The notes under the pieces were generated by a model. That model was not told the DNA's origin and made no database searches. It saw only the letters and a program-made list of their open reading frames with translations. Shown one piece after another: positions 22,128 through 33,535 of a stretch of DNA of 64,000 bases. Position 1 is the stretch's first letter, and each line of letters opens with the position of its first letter. The stretch covers positions 28,386 through 92,385 of the forward strand of contig JBDTRR010000013.1 in assembly GCA_039931615.1 (NCBI GenBank). Direction: 5' to 3'. The position numbers and the translations under genes were made by a program. The stretch comes from Acidobacteriota bacterium. GTDB taxonomy: Bacteria > Acidobacteriota > Vicinamibacteria > Vicinamibacterales > CAVVIG01.

Positions 22128-23095
22128 CCAGCCAGCTGCAGGCGTTCCTTCAGTTCCTGCGGTTGAATGAGAACGCCTCGGCGCACACGGTGCGCGCCTA
22201 TGAGAGCGATCTGTCGCAGCTGCTGGCACACGCCGCCGGCCGGGCCGGCGTCGCGCCGATCGATCTGCAACCCGCCGACCTCGATCGGGCCGGGATCCGC
22301 GCATTCCTGGCCCACCTTCAGGAGCAGAAGCAGTCGCGGGCGACGGCGGCGCGCAAACTGGCGGCGGCCCGGACGTTCCTCCGCTACCTGCGCCGGGAAG
22401 GCGTCATCGAGACCGATCCGGGCGCGCTGATCGGGACGCCGAAGCGCGAGGTGCGGATGCCGGCGCACCTGTCCGAGGCGGAGATGGCGGCGCTGATTGC
22501 GGCGCCGGCCGAAGACGCACCGCTCGGCCGCCGCGACCACGCGATTCTCGAGCTGTTCTACGCGTCGGGGCTGCGGCTCAGCGAGCTGGTCGGGCTCGAT
22601 CTCGACGATGTGAACCTGAGCGGGCGGATGGTGCGGGTGCTGGGCAAGGGCGGCAAGCAGCGGCTCGTCCCGTTCAATGTCAGCACCGCGACGGCGATCC
22701 GCACGTATCTGAACGATCGCGAGGTGTTGACGCGGCGCGGTCCGGCTTCAGCCGGATCCCGGGCGCCGTCCGCCCGCGTCCGCGTCCGGGCCGACCGCGG
22801 CCTGCAGCAGCCGCTGTTCGTCAACTATCGGGGCGCGCGGCTGACGGTGCGGAGCGTCGATCGACTGGTGCGGAAGTATGTGGCGGCGACCAGCACGCGG
22901 CTGGGGATCAGTCCGCACGCGCTGCGGCATTCGTTCGCGACTCACCTGTTGCAGCGCGGCGCCGACCTCCGCTCGATCCAGGAACTGCTCGGCCATGCCC
23001 GATTGAGCACGACGCAGCGCTACACGCACGTCGATGTCGCCAGGTTGCTCGAGGTCTACAACAAGGCGCATCCCAGGGCGACGGGGAAGAGCTGA
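22124..23095 (+). CDS. xerC: Tyrosine recombinase XerC/XerD family
   Basis: The ATG at 22124 overlaps the trmFO stop (ATGA). AHTVRAYESDLSQL is the N-terminal SAM-like domain. The catalytic RHRY set is visible in ASGLRLSELVGL, HALRHSFATHLL, LLGHARLSTTQRYTHV. Confidence 0.9.
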   Translation: MTSQLQAFLQFLRLNENASAHTVRAYESDLSQLLAHAAGRAGVAPIDLQPADLDRAGIRAFLAHLQEQKQSRATAARKLAAARTFLRYLRREGVIETDPGALIGTPKREVRMPAHLSEAEMAALIAAPAEDAPLGRRDHAILELFYASGLRLSELVGLDLDDVNLSGRMVRVLGKGGKQRLVPFNVSTATAIRTYLNDREVLTRRGPASAGSRAPSARVRVRADRGLQQPLFVNYRGARLTVRSVDRLVRKYVAATSTRLGISPHALRHSFATHLLQRGADLRSIQELLGHARLSTTQRYTHVDVARLLEVYNKAHPRATGKS

Positions 23096-23103
23096 CGATT
23101 AAA

Positions 23104-23213
23104 CAATTCACAATTCACAATTCACAATTCACAATTCACAATTCACAAAAGACGAACGGCGAATTCTTGTGAATTGTAAATTCTTGTGAATTGTAAATTG
23201 CAAATCGTGAATC
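23104..23213. repeat. AT-rich hairpin: (CAATTCA)x6 left arm, 2 x 17-bp TTCTTGTGAATTGTAAA right arm
   Basis: Six perfect heptamers lie at 23104-23145. The 17-mers lie at 23164-23180 and 23181-23197, followed by ttgcaaatcgtgaatc. It sits between the convergent stops of xerC (23095) and the response regulator (23215). Confidence 0.9.
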
Positions 23214-23214
23214 A

Positions 23215-24651
23215 TTAATGGCCCGCCTGGCCGTGGTCCGCGGCGGCGGCCAGCGGCGATTCCAGCGGGGCGGCGCGGCGGCCGCGCGGGAAGTCGATCG
23301 CGAGAATCTTGATCTTGTAGTTCATCACCCGCGGGCTGATCGACAGCAGCTCGGCGGCGTCCTTCTGGACCCAGTTCGACATCTTGAGCGCCTCGACCAG
23401 CGCGTGGCGTTCGATGTCTTCGAGCGGGATGCCGGTCGGCGGGATCTTCACGACTGACGCCTGATCGCGGCCGCTGCGGGCGGTCGGCAGTTCGCCGAGC
23501 TGCAGGTCGCCGATGCCGATCGAGCGGCCCTCGGCGAGCAGCATCGCCCGCTCGATGGTGTTTTCCAGCTCGCGGATGTTGCCCGGCCAGTTGTAGCGCA
23601 TCAGCAGCTTCTGCGCGTCCGGGTCGATGCCGTCCATCTTCTTCTTCAGCTCGGCCGAGAAGCGCCGGATGAAGAAGGTGGCGAGCGGCACGATGTCGTC
23701 CTTGCGCTCGCGCAGCGGCGGCATCTCGATCGACACCACCTTGAGCCGGTAATAGAGGTCCTCGCGGAACCGTCCGCTCTGGACCATGTCGCCGAGGTCG
23801 CGGTTGCTGGCGGCGATCAGGCGGACGTCGACGCGCAGCGTCCGGGTGCCGCCCAGCCGCTCGAACTCGTGCTCCTGCAGCACCCGCAGGATCTTGGCCT
23901 GGGTGCTCGGGCTCATGTCGCCGATCTCGTCCAGGAACAGGGTCCCGCCGTCGGCCTGCTCGAACCGGCCGATGCGCTGCTTGTCGGCGCCGGTGAACGC
24001 CCCCTTCTCGTGGCCGAACAGCTCGGACTCGAGCAGGTTCTCCTGCAGGGCGGCGCAGTTGACCTTGACGAAATTGCGCGCCGTGCGCAGGGAGTTGTGG
24101 TGGATCGCCCCGGCGATCAGCTCCTTGCCGGTGCCGGTCTCGCCCCCGATCAGGCAGGTGGTGTTGCTCTTGGCCACCTTCCTGACCATGTCGAGGACGC
24201 GCTTGAGCGCCTCGCTCGACCCGATAATCCGATCGAACTCGTAAATGTCCTGCTGGGTGTGGCGGAGGTAGTCGAGCTCGTTCTTCATGCGCTTCAGTTC
24301 CAGCGCCTTCTCGATCTTGACCTCCATCTCCTCGATCTCGAACGGCTTCTGGACGTAGTCGAACGCCCCGATCTTCATCGCCTCGACGGCGGTGGTGACC
24401 GAGCCGAACGCCGTCATCAGGATCACCGCGGTGGTCGGATGCAGCGCCTTGGTCGTGCGCAGCACCTCGAGGCCGTCGCTGCCGCCCATCTTCAGGTCGC
24501 TCAGCACGACGTCGAAATAGCTGTCGTGCAGCCGCTCGATCGCGGCGTTGCCGTTGGACGCCTCGTCGACCTCGTGCCCGGCCTCGGTCAGGCCGCGGAC
24601 CAGGCCGCGCCGCAGTGCGTCGTGATCGTCGGCAATCAGAATTCTACCCAT
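23215..24651 (-). CDS. Sigma-54-dependent response regulator (NtrC family: REC-AAA+-HTH)
   Basis: The REC domain begins [25 protein letters not shown]. The AAA+ domain has GETGTGKE and the GAFTGA loop (EKGAFTGA). It also has [17 protein letters not shown] and a C-terminal Fis-type HTH. Confidence 0.93.
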   Translation of the reverse strand: MGRILIADDHDALRRGLVRGLTEAGHEVDEASNGNAAIERLHDSYFDVVLSDLKMGGSDGLEVLRTTKALHPTTAVILMTAFGSVTTAVEAMKIGAFDYVQKPFEIEEMEVKIEKALELKRMKNELDYLRHTQQDIYEFDRIIGSSEALKRVLDMVRKVAKSNTTCLIGGETGTGKELIAGAIHHNSLRTARNFVKVNCAALQENLLESELFGHEKGAFTGADKQRIGRFEQADGGTLFLDEIGDMSPSTQAKILRVLQEHEFERLGGTRTLRVDVRLIAASNRDLGDMVQSGRFREDLYYRLKVVSIEMPPLRERKDDIVPLATFFIRRFSAELKKKMDGIDPDAQKLLMRYNWPGNIRELENTIERAMLLAEGRSIGIGDLQLGELPTARSGRDQASVVKIPPTGIPLEDIERHALVEALKMSNWVQKDAAELLSISPRVMNYKIKILAIDFPRGRRAAPLESPLAAAADHGQAGH

Positions 24652-24727
24652 CGGTGATCCTCGGACTGGGAGACTCGGAGTCTTGGTAAATCGGAACTTC
24701 GTAAATTGTCAATTGACGATCGGCCCG

Positions 24728-25900
24728 CTACTTGAACCATCCCGCCGCGTTCGTCATCGGCACCGTGATGCGGAACCGCGTGCCGGTCGCGGCGCTGCTG
24801 CTGACGTCGATGCGCCCGTCGTGCGCGTCGACGATCTTGCTCACGATCGCCAGACCCAGCCCGGTGCCGGTCGTCTTGGTCGTGAAGAACGGATTGAAGA
24901 TCCGATCGGTCAGCTCGGCCGGCACCCCCGGTCCGTTGTCGACGACGTCGACCACCACCGCGGGCGCCGCCGCGGTCTGGGTCGCCTCGTCTTCGGCGTA
25001 GGTGACCGCGGCCGTGATCGACACCGCGCCGCGGCCGTTCAGCGCCTCGAAGGCATTGGTCAGCAGATTGGTGAAGACCTGGCAGAGCTGGTGGCTGTCG
25101 CCTTCAATCATCGGCAGGTCCGGCGCCAGGTCGAGCGTCACCGCGATGTCGCCGCGGCGCGTCTTGGTCTCCGCCAGGATGATCGCCTGGCGCAGCACGT
25201 CGGCCAGATCGGTGTGTTCCATCTGCAGCCGGATCGGCCGCACGAACTCGAGCATCTCGACGACGATGGCGTTGGCCAGCTTGGCCTCGCTCATGATGTC
25301 GGCGAGCAGCGACTGGGCGTCCTTCGAATCGGGCACCTGGCGGCGCAGCAGCCCGGCCATGACCTCGATGCCGGCGAGCGGATTCTTCAACTCGTGGGCG
25401 ATGCCGGCGGCCATCTCGCCGAGCGACGCCAGCCGGTCGCGCAGCCGCTCGCGCTCTTCGATCTGCTCGACCCGCGTCAGATCCTTGAAGAACATCACGG
25501 CGCCGATCGCCTGGTTCTGATCGTCGCGGACCTGGGACAGCGTGTAGCCGATGACCCGGTCGATGTCCTTCAGCCGCACTTCGGCCCGGTTCGGCAGATG
25601 GCTCATCTCGAACGCGCCGGCCAGCGCCCGCACGGCGTCCGGCCGCTCGCGCAGGACCTCGGTGTAGGGCTGGCCGATGTCCTCGGGCCGTCTCGTCAGT
25701 GCGAAGATCCGGTACGCCTCGTCGTTCATCAGCGCGACCGTCCGGTCGCTGCGAAGCGCGATCACGCCGTTCCGCATGCTGGCGACGATATGCCGGAAGA
25801 ACCGATCGTGCGGGACTGAACCGGACCGCCCGGCCCGGCGCGGTGTCGGCGCTGCGGCACTGCGCGGGCGCACGGGAGACGGTTTGTTCAGGTCTGGCAT
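24728..25900 (-). CDS. PAS sensor histidine kinase
   Basis: ORF 24728..25984, with the start placed at ATG 25900. It has a PAS-like segment (FFRHIVASMRNGVIAL). The H-box is GIAHELKNPLAGI. The N/G boxes are NLLTNAFEA, DNGPGVP and GTGLGLAIV. Confidence 0.85.
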   Translation of the reverse strand: MPDLNKPSPVRPRSAAAPTPRRAGRSGSVPHDRFFRHIVASMRNGVIALRSDRTVALMNDEAYRIFALTRRPEDIGQPYTEVLRERPDAVRALAGAFEMSHLPNRAEVRLKDIDRVIGYTLSQVRDDQNQAIGAVMFFKDLTRVEQIEERERLRDRLASLGEMAAGIAHELKNPLAGIEVMAGLLRRQVPDSKDAQSLLADIMSEAKLANAIVVEMLEFVRPIRLQMEHTDLADVLRQAIILAETKTRRGDIAVTLDLAPDLPMIEGDSHQLCQVFTNLLTNAFEALNGRGAVSITAAVTYAEDEATQTAAAPAVVVDVVDNGPGVPAELTDRIFNPFFTTKTTGTGLGLAIVSKIVDAHDGRIDVSSSAATGTRFRITVPMTNAAGWFK

Positions 25901-25925
25901 CGGCACGGCTCGATGATCCCAAGGG

Positions 25926-25938
25926 GCAAGGGGTGTGC
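25926..25938 (-). promoter_or_regulatory. Weak sigma-54 promoter candidate upstream of kinase/NtrC-like operon
   Basis: The minus strand reads CGGCAC-acccc-TTGCC with correct GG-N10-GC spacing. It lies only ~26 nt before the ATG at 25900. It falls inside the ORF if the longer start at 25984 is used. Confidence 0.3.
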
Positions 25939-26105
25939 CGCGAGAAGAGGGCGGCCGATTGCGAAAAGCGCATGCAATCGGCATATTTCGTCTCAGGAGA
26001 AAATACGAGAATAACAGTAATGTAATTCGACCACGTTTATGTCATTGGAAGTCGATTGTGAGCGCCGTGACCTGGCGCTTCCCGGCGGCCGGAGGAAGAG
26101 GCTCG

Positions 26106-28144
<2,039 letters not shown>

Positions 28145-28148
<4 letters not shown>

Positions 28149-28738
28149 TCACCCAGGGCTTTGGCGGCGGCGGCGAGTACCTGCGGGACGCGGAACGGTT
28201 TGGTCAGGTAGCCGGCGACGCCGAGATTGACCGCTTCGATCGCGCTCGATTCGGTGGAGTAGCCGGTGATGATCAGGACCGGCAGATCGGCCTTGTAGCG
28301 CTTCGCCTCGCGGATGACGGTCAGCCCGTCCATGCCGGGCATCCGCAGATCGGCGATCAGCAGATCGTAGGGATACAGCCGCATCCGTTCGAGCGCGGAG
28401 CGGCCGTCGGCGGCGACGTCGACGTCGTACTCGGCCAGCGCCAGCGTCTTGGCCAGCAGATCGCGGATGCTGGCCTCGTCGTCCACGACCAGGACGCGCG
28501 GGCGGGTCGTCCCGGAAGCCGGCCGCGCCGGAGTGGCGGGTGCGACGCGGACGGCGCCGCCGCCGCGCGGGCGCTGACTGTCCAGCCAGGCATCGATGTC
28601 GCGCTTGCGAAACCGCCATTGCCGCCCGACCCGGACCGCCGGGATCTTGCCGGCCTTGATCAGGCGATAGACGGTCCTCAGGTTGACTTGCAGGTATTCG
28701 AGGACTTCTTCGGTGGTGAGAAACGTTTCGTCAATCAT
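28145..28738 (-). CDS. Response regulator with N-terminal excisionase/MerR-type HTH and C-terminal receiver domain
   Basis: LTTEEVLEYLQVNLRTVYRLIKAGKIPAVRVGRQWRFRKRDIDAWL is the HTH_17-like segment. A linker follows. The REC domain reads VLVVDDEASIRDLL...LLIADLRMPGMDG...TGYS...YLTKPF. Confidence 0.85.
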
Positions 28739-28792
28739 GCGTCAGCGTCCGTGCCCTTCCATCGCCCGCGCGTGAATCCGCCGCCGGGTTCT

Positions 28793-31009
28793 TCAGGCGA
28801 TCGGTTTCGGGTGCCCGCCCAGTATCGTGGCTGGAACCGTATCGGTCAGTCCGCCCGCCGGCCACCGGATCGGCAGCTCGATCGTGAAGACCGCGCCGCC
28901 TCCAGGGTGGTTGGTGGCGACGATCTCGCCGCCATGTTCCTGAACGATGCCGTAGGTAATCGCCAGGCCGAGGCCGGTGCCCTGGCCGACGTCCTTGGTC
29001 GTGTAGAACGGGTCGAAGATCCGCGACAGGACGTCTGAGGGGATCCCCTTCCCGGTATCCCGCACCGAGACGATCACCCGATCGCGGGCGGGCGAACCCT
29101 TGGTCCGGACTTCGATGCGGCCGCCGTGTGCGGTCGCGGCGATGGCGTGCTCGGCGTTCATCACGATGTTCAGGAATACCTGGTGCAGGAGCAGGGGGTC
29201 GCTCTGCACACGAGGTAGCTTCTCGTCATAGTGTCGCACGACTTCGATCGCTGCGGCACGGCAGCTCGGCGCGCGCAGCGCCAGGACCTTCTGGAGGACG
29301 ACGTTGACGCTGACGGCGCGCCGGACCAGCCGGCGCGATCCGGAAAAGGCGAGCAGGTTGCGGACGATCTTCGCGGCGCGGTCCGCTTCCCGGTAGATCG
29401 TCTGGACCTCGCGGCGCAGGCCGGCCGGAAACGCGCCGGTGACGCGCAGCAGCTCGAGGTGGCCGAGCACGCCCTGCAGCGGGTTGTTGAGCTCGTGCGC
29501 GATGCCGGCGATGAACTGGCCGAGCGCCGCCAGCTTTTCCGATTGGGTCAGCCGCAGCCGCAGCTCTTCCCGTTCCGCCTGCAGCTTGGCATGGGGTGTC
29601 AGATCGCGCGCCACCAGAACGCTGCCGACGCGCTCGCCCTCGTGGTTGCGCAGCGCCGTGACCGTGACGCCGAACGGACCCTTCAGGACCGGGTCAACGA
29701 CCTCGAAGTTCACCGGGCCGTCGGCGTCCGACTGGGGATCGCCGGCGCCGTGCGCGGCCAGCCAGGCCCGCAGGTCGGGGCCGACGAACTCCTCCAGCGG
29801 ACAGTCGATCAGCTGCTGACGGGTGCGGCCGACCCGGCTGGCGAAGGCGTGGTTGACGTGCACGATCCGGCCGCGCCGATCCCAGACCGCGACCAGGTGC
29901 GCGATCGAGTCGAAGGTATTTTCCAGCTCCCGCCGCGACCGCACCACGTCGTCGAGCAGCTGGATGTTTTCGATCGCGCTCGACAGCAGGCGACCGGCCT
30001 CGTCGGCCTGGTCGAGGAGCCCGGCCGCCCCCGACGATTCCGATCGAATGCCCTCGAACAGAATCGTGCCAAGCGCGCGCCGCGTGCCGTGCAGCGGCAC
30101 GGTGATGGTCGAGGCCGCGCTGCCGCCGGCGCCCGGCTGGATCCCGGCGCGGGTCTGGCGCATCGCGCCGGCCGCCACCGAGAGCGGGTCGTCGGCCGGC
30201 ACGCGCGCCAGGTTTCCAACGTGTTTGGGATCCGAGGAGGCGCGCCGGACCAGCTGGCGGGCGCGGCGATCGTGAAGCCAGACGACCGTGCGATCGGCGC
30301 CGAACACCGGATTGGCTCCCCGGCAGAATGATTCGAGGCCGGCCGACAGGTTCAGCGTCGTCGCCAGCACCGTCCCGACATCATCGAAGACGCGGCGGAG
30401 CTGGCGCTGCAGCGCGTCACTCTGCCGGAGCCGGAACAGCTCGAGCGCGGTGACGAAGGCATCGGCGACCGGGGCCAGGCCGGCGCCGGGAGGACCGGAC
30501 CGAGGCAGACCGGTGACTCCAATCGCGAGCAGCCCCGGCCGATCCGCGCCCTGCGTCAACGGAAGCAGGACGGCCGATGGCGTGCCGAGCCGCGCCGACA
30601 GCTCCGGCATCCGTCGATCGGCATCCAGTACAAAGGTGGGCGGCGTGCGCGACAGCGCCGCCGCGACGAATCGAGCTTCGGTTGCGGCCGGCGTCCAGGG
30701 CCCGTCCGGCTGTGCGCCCGGGCCGCGGCCGGAGGTCGGCTGCATCGCGCCGGTGCGCGCGTCGGGCTCGAACAACACCGAACAGACCCCGCCGGCGGCC
30801 TCGATCGCGCGCTGGTGGAGCACCGGTAGCACGTTGGCGAGGGTCGTCGACGTGGCCAGCAGGGTCAGGAGCGAGCGGGACGGCTCGGGGGCGGCGTCGC
30901 GCTGCGGCCGCGCCGCGCGGCCGACCTGAGGTGGGCGCCTGGCGGGTCGCGGCTTCCCGCCCTTCGAGACGGAGACGGCGGTTCGAGGGAGGCGCGGCAA
31001 GCGGGCCAT
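28793..31009 (-). CDS. Cytoplasmic GAF-PAS sensor histidine kinase
   Basis: 738 aa with no obvious TM segment. It has GAF-like and PAS-like segments. The H-box is GIAHELNNPLQGV. The ATPase boxes are NIVMNAEHAI, DTGKGIP and GTGLGLAITYGIV. Confidence 0.85.
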   Translation of the reverse strand: MARLPRLPRTAVSVSKGGKPRPARRPPQVGRAARPQRDAAPEPSRSLLTLLATSTTLANVLPVLHQRAIEAAGGVCSVLFEPDARTGAMQPTSGRGPGAQPDGPWTPAATEARFVAAALSRTPPTFVLDADRRMPELSARLGTPSAVLLPLTQGADRPGLLAIGVTGLPRSGPPGAGLAPVADAFVTALELFRLRQSDALQRQLRRVFDDVGTVLATTLNLSAGLESFCRGANPVFGADRTVVWLHDRRARQLVRRASSDPKHVGNLARVPADDPLSVAAGAMRQTRAGIQPGAGGSAASTITVPLHGTRRALGTILFEGIRSESSGAAGLLDQADEAGRLLSSAIENIQLLDDVVRSRRELENTFDSIAHLVAVWDRRGRIVHVNHAFASRVGRTRQQLIDCPLEEFVGPDLRAWLAAHGAGDPQSDADGPVNFEVVDPVLKGPFGVTVTALRNHEGERVGSVLVARDLTPHAKLQAEREELRLRLTQSEKLAALGQFIAGIAHELNNPLQGVLGHLELLRVTGAFPAGLRREVQTIYREADRAAKIVRNLLAFSGSRRLVRRAVSVNVVLQKVLALRAPSCRAAAIEVVRHYDEKLPRVQSDPLLLHQVFLNIVMNAEHAIAATAHGGRIEVRTKGSPARDRVIVSVRDTGKGIPSDVLSRIFDPFYTTKDVGQGTGLGLAITYGIVQEHGGEIVATNHPGGGAVFTIELPIRWPAGGLTDTVPATILGGHPKPIA

Positions 31010-31060
31010 AGTACATCACGATCGCCCGGCCCGCCCGGGCGCCGGTAACCCTCCGCCAAA

Positions 31061-31089
31061 TTTAAAGTTACGGCGTGCAACCTTATAAT
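31061..31089 (+). promoter_or_regulatory. Sigma-70-type promoter candidate (TTTAAA-N17-TATAAT)
   Basis: TTTAAA lies at 31061-31066, followed by a 17-nt spacer and a perfect TATAAT at 31084-31089. The -10 element overlaps the first ATG (31088) of the long ORF. Confidence 0.35.
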
Positions 31090-31171
31090 GACGACTGTGC
31101 CCGCCAGGTCCCGGCCGTCCGCGGAAGCCGACCGTCTAACTGGTGAAGAGAATGGGCCCGCCGCGCTTCGC

Positions 31172-31750
31172 ATGACGTGGACGGACGAAGAACTCGTCGC
31201 TCGAACGACTGGCGGCGATGCCGACAGCTTCAACGAGCTCATCCGTAGATGGGAACGTCCCATTTACGCGCTTGCGTACCGTCAAATCGGGCGCGACGAG
31301 GATGCGCGCGATATTTGCCAGGATACGTTCCTCCGGGCCTATCGCGCCTTGCACGGCTTCCGGGGGCAGGCCAAGTTCTCGTCGTGGCTGTATCGCATCG
31401 CGCTCAACCTCTGTCGCGACTGGATGCGTCGCGAACGGCGGACGCCCGTCGTGCAGGCGCCCGAGGACATGGACTTGATGGATCTGGCTGCGGCACGGGA
31501 ACCGTCGGAGTCGATCGAGGATCGGGTCGGTCGGCACGATCTGACACGGGCGGTGGAGCGGGCGATGGCGCTGCTGCCCGAAGAACAGCGTGTCGCGATC
31601 GTCTTGAAGGAGTATCAGGGCCTCACCTTCCAGGAAATCGCCGATCTGCTCGGCTGTCCGCTGAGCACGGTAAAAACCCGGCTTTACCAGGGGTTGACGG
31701 TATTGCGACGTGAGCTGGCGCGCGCGGGCGTGTCGGCGGCGGCGCGTTGA
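31172..31750 (+). CDS. ECF RNA polymerase sigma factor (RpoE-like)
   Basis: ORF 31088..31750. I prefer ATG 31172 (MTWTDEELVARTTGGDADSFNELIRRW). Region 2 reads DICQDTFLRAYRALHGFRGQAKFSSWLYRIALNLCRDWMR. Region 4 reads LTFQEIADLLGCPLSTVKTRLYQGL. Confidence 0.85.
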   Translation: MTWTDEELVARTTGGDADSFNELIRRWERPIYALAYRQIGRDEDARDICQDTFLRAYRALHGFRGQAKFSSWLYRIALNLCRDWMRRERRTPVVQAPEDMDLMDLAAAREPSESIEDRVGRHDLTRAVERAMALLPEEQRVAIVLKEYQGLTFQEIADLLGCPLSTVKTRLYQGLTVLRRELARAGVSAAAR

Positions 31751-31759
31751 TCACACACC

Positions 31760-32593
31760 ATGGCTGACATTCTCTGCGGTTACACCGCCGACCGGGACGA
31801 AACGCTGACCGCCTACCTGTACGGCGAGATCGATCCGGCGCCGCGCGCCACGTTCGAAGGGCACATCGCCACCTGCGAGCGCTGCCGCAGGGAGCTGGCT
31901 GATCTCCAGGCGGTGCGCCTGCGCCTGTCCGAGTGGTCGGCACCCGAGCTGTCGCGTTCATTCGTCCGGATCCCGGCCGGCGCCGCGATTCAGTCCGATC
32001 TGCCGATGATCGGCCCGCGCAGCGGCGAGCCGGCGCGGGCGTCGAGCAGGATGCGCACCCTCCCGGTCTGGGCCCAGACGGCCGCGGCGCTGTTGTTCCT
32101 CGGCGTCTCGGCCGGGATCGCGAATCTCGACGTGCACTACGGTCAGGACGGCCTCAGCATCCGCACTGGATGGTCGCGTCCGCCGGTAGCCCGCCAGGGA
32201 CCGGCGCCGGCTGCCGTCGTGCCCGCGGCGGCGCCCTGGCGGGCCGATCTGACGGCGCTCGAGCGCCAGCTGCGCGCGGAGTTTCGCACCGCGACGTCGA
32301 CCCCGCCGGCGCAGCCGGCGTCGGATGCCGCGGCCGCGGTCGACGCGCAACTGCTGCGCCGGGTGCGCGCGCTGGTCGAGGACAGCGAACGCAAGCAGCA
32401 GAACGAGCTGGCGCTGCGGATCGCCGAGCTGGGGAACGAGTGGGAGACCAAGCGGAAGATCGATCTGAAGAACATCGACTGGAACCTGCAGGCGATCCAG
32501 AAGGACACCGGCTTCCGGATGTTGTCGGGGCAAAAGCAGATGCGGGCGTACATCGACAATACCGCGACGATCATGTCACGCACCCAGCGGTAA
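31760..32593 (+). CDS. Anti-sigma factor (zf-HC2 type, single TM, periplasmic coiled-coil domain)
   Basis: It starts 10 nt after the sigma gene stop. FEGHIATCERCRRELADL gives the H-x3-C-x2-C motif. The TM segment is VWAQTAAALLFLGVSAGI. Confidence 0.75.
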   Translation: MADILCGYTADRDETLTAYLYGEIDPAPRATFEGHIATCERCRRELADLQAVRLRLSEWSAPELSRSFVRIPAGAAIQSDLPMIGPRSGEPARASSRMRTLPVWAQTAAALLFLGVSAGIANLDVHYGQDGLSIRTGWSRPPVARQGPAPAAVVPAAAPWRADLTALERQLRAEFRTATSTPPAQPASDAAAAVDAQLLRRVRALVEDSERKQQNELALRIAELGNEWETKRKIDLKNIDWNLQAIQKDTGFRMLSGQKQMRAYIDNTATIMSRTQR

Positions 32594-32599
32594 CCGGAC

Positions 32600-33526
32600 A
32601 TGGGAACCGTGATGGGTGACGGGACAGGACGGACATCGCGAGCAGGGAGGTTGGCCGTGAGCGGTAAGGTTTCGGCGATCATCGCGGGGCTGGCGCTCGG
32701 CGTCGCCGTCGCGCCGGTCTGGGCGCAGGGCGCCGGGCAGCAGGCGCAGGATCAGGGGCGGGGCAGCGCGCGGCGGCAGAATCAGCTGGCCCGGCAGCAG
32801 GCCGAGGCGCGCTACCAGGTGCTGGTCATGGAACGCGTACTCGAGGACGCCGTGGAACACGGCGCCAGTCTCTGGCGGGATCGGCTGCAGGTGGTGCTGC
32901 CGGCGCAGACGCTGCTCCTCGACAACGCCCGCGTCATCGGCTACCGCATCGAGGACTACGGCGTCTTCTTCAACGTCGAGGTGCCGTCGCTCGAAACGAC
33001 GATGACCTGGGCGGTGCGGACGCTCGACCAGAACGAGCTCGGACTGGAGAGCGCGATCAAGGCGGTCAGGGCGCACGTCGACGCCTCCGGCGACCCGAAT
33101 CTCGATCAGGCCTGGCGGCGGGTCGAACTGCAGGTCGCTCCGCTCGGTGCGCCCGGCGGAGCCGGCGGCGATCTGAATGTCGCCGCCCGGACGGTGTCCG
33201 GATCCGCCGCCTTCGCGTCTGACGCTGCCGCGCCGGGCGATCCGACCGATCCGATCCTGAGCAATCCGGAAGAAGTCTTTCGCGCCGAAGTGGTGCAGTC
33301 GGTGATCGACAGCATGCTCGATCACAGCTCCGCGCTCGGCCTCTCCGCCAACGAGTGGCTGACGATTGGCGCACGCCGCAACGAGGTCCGGCCCCGGATC
33401 GGACCGCTCGACAGCAAGGCGCCGACGTTCGTCATCCGCGTGCGCGGCAGCGACCTGACGGCGTACCGTTCCGGACAGCTGTCCCGCGAGGACGCCATCA
33501 AGCGCGTCGAGGTGCGAGTGAACTAG
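32600..33526 (+). CDS. Hypothetical secreted protein (ECF operon member)
   Basis: 308 aa. It has a signal-like segment VSAIIAGLALGVAVAPVWAQG. The spacing to flanking genes is tight (7 and 9 nt). No family was recognised. Confidence 0.55.
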   Translation: MGTVMGDGTGRTSRAGRLAVSGKVSAIIAGLALGVAVAPVWAQGAGQQAQDQGRGSARRQNQLARQQAEARYQVLVMERVLEDAVEHGASLWRDRLQVVLPAQTLLLDNARVIGYRIEDYGVFFNVEVPSLETTMTWAVRTLDQNELGLESAIKAVRAHVDASGDPNLDQAWRRVELQVAPLGAPGGAGGDLNVAARTVSGSAAFASDAAAPGDPTDPILSNPEEVFRAEVVQSVIDSMLDHSSALGLSANEWLTIGARRNEVRPRIGPLDSKAPTFVIRVRGSDLTAYRSGQLSREDAIKRVEVRVN

Positions 33527-33535
33527 AATACGCGG

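Noticed and set aside
22124-23095. The tyrosine recombinase as an integrase marking a mobile island.
   Set aside because: Its start overlaps the trmFO stop, and it sits in the conserved topA-trmFO-xerC housekeeping arrangement. No att-like direct repeats, tRNA or phage genes flank it.
25985-26055. AT-rich tract examined as a possible dif (XerC/D) site, given the nearby xerC gene.
   Set aside because: Only a TTATGT half-site is present. There is no matching left arm and no 11-6-11 dyad.
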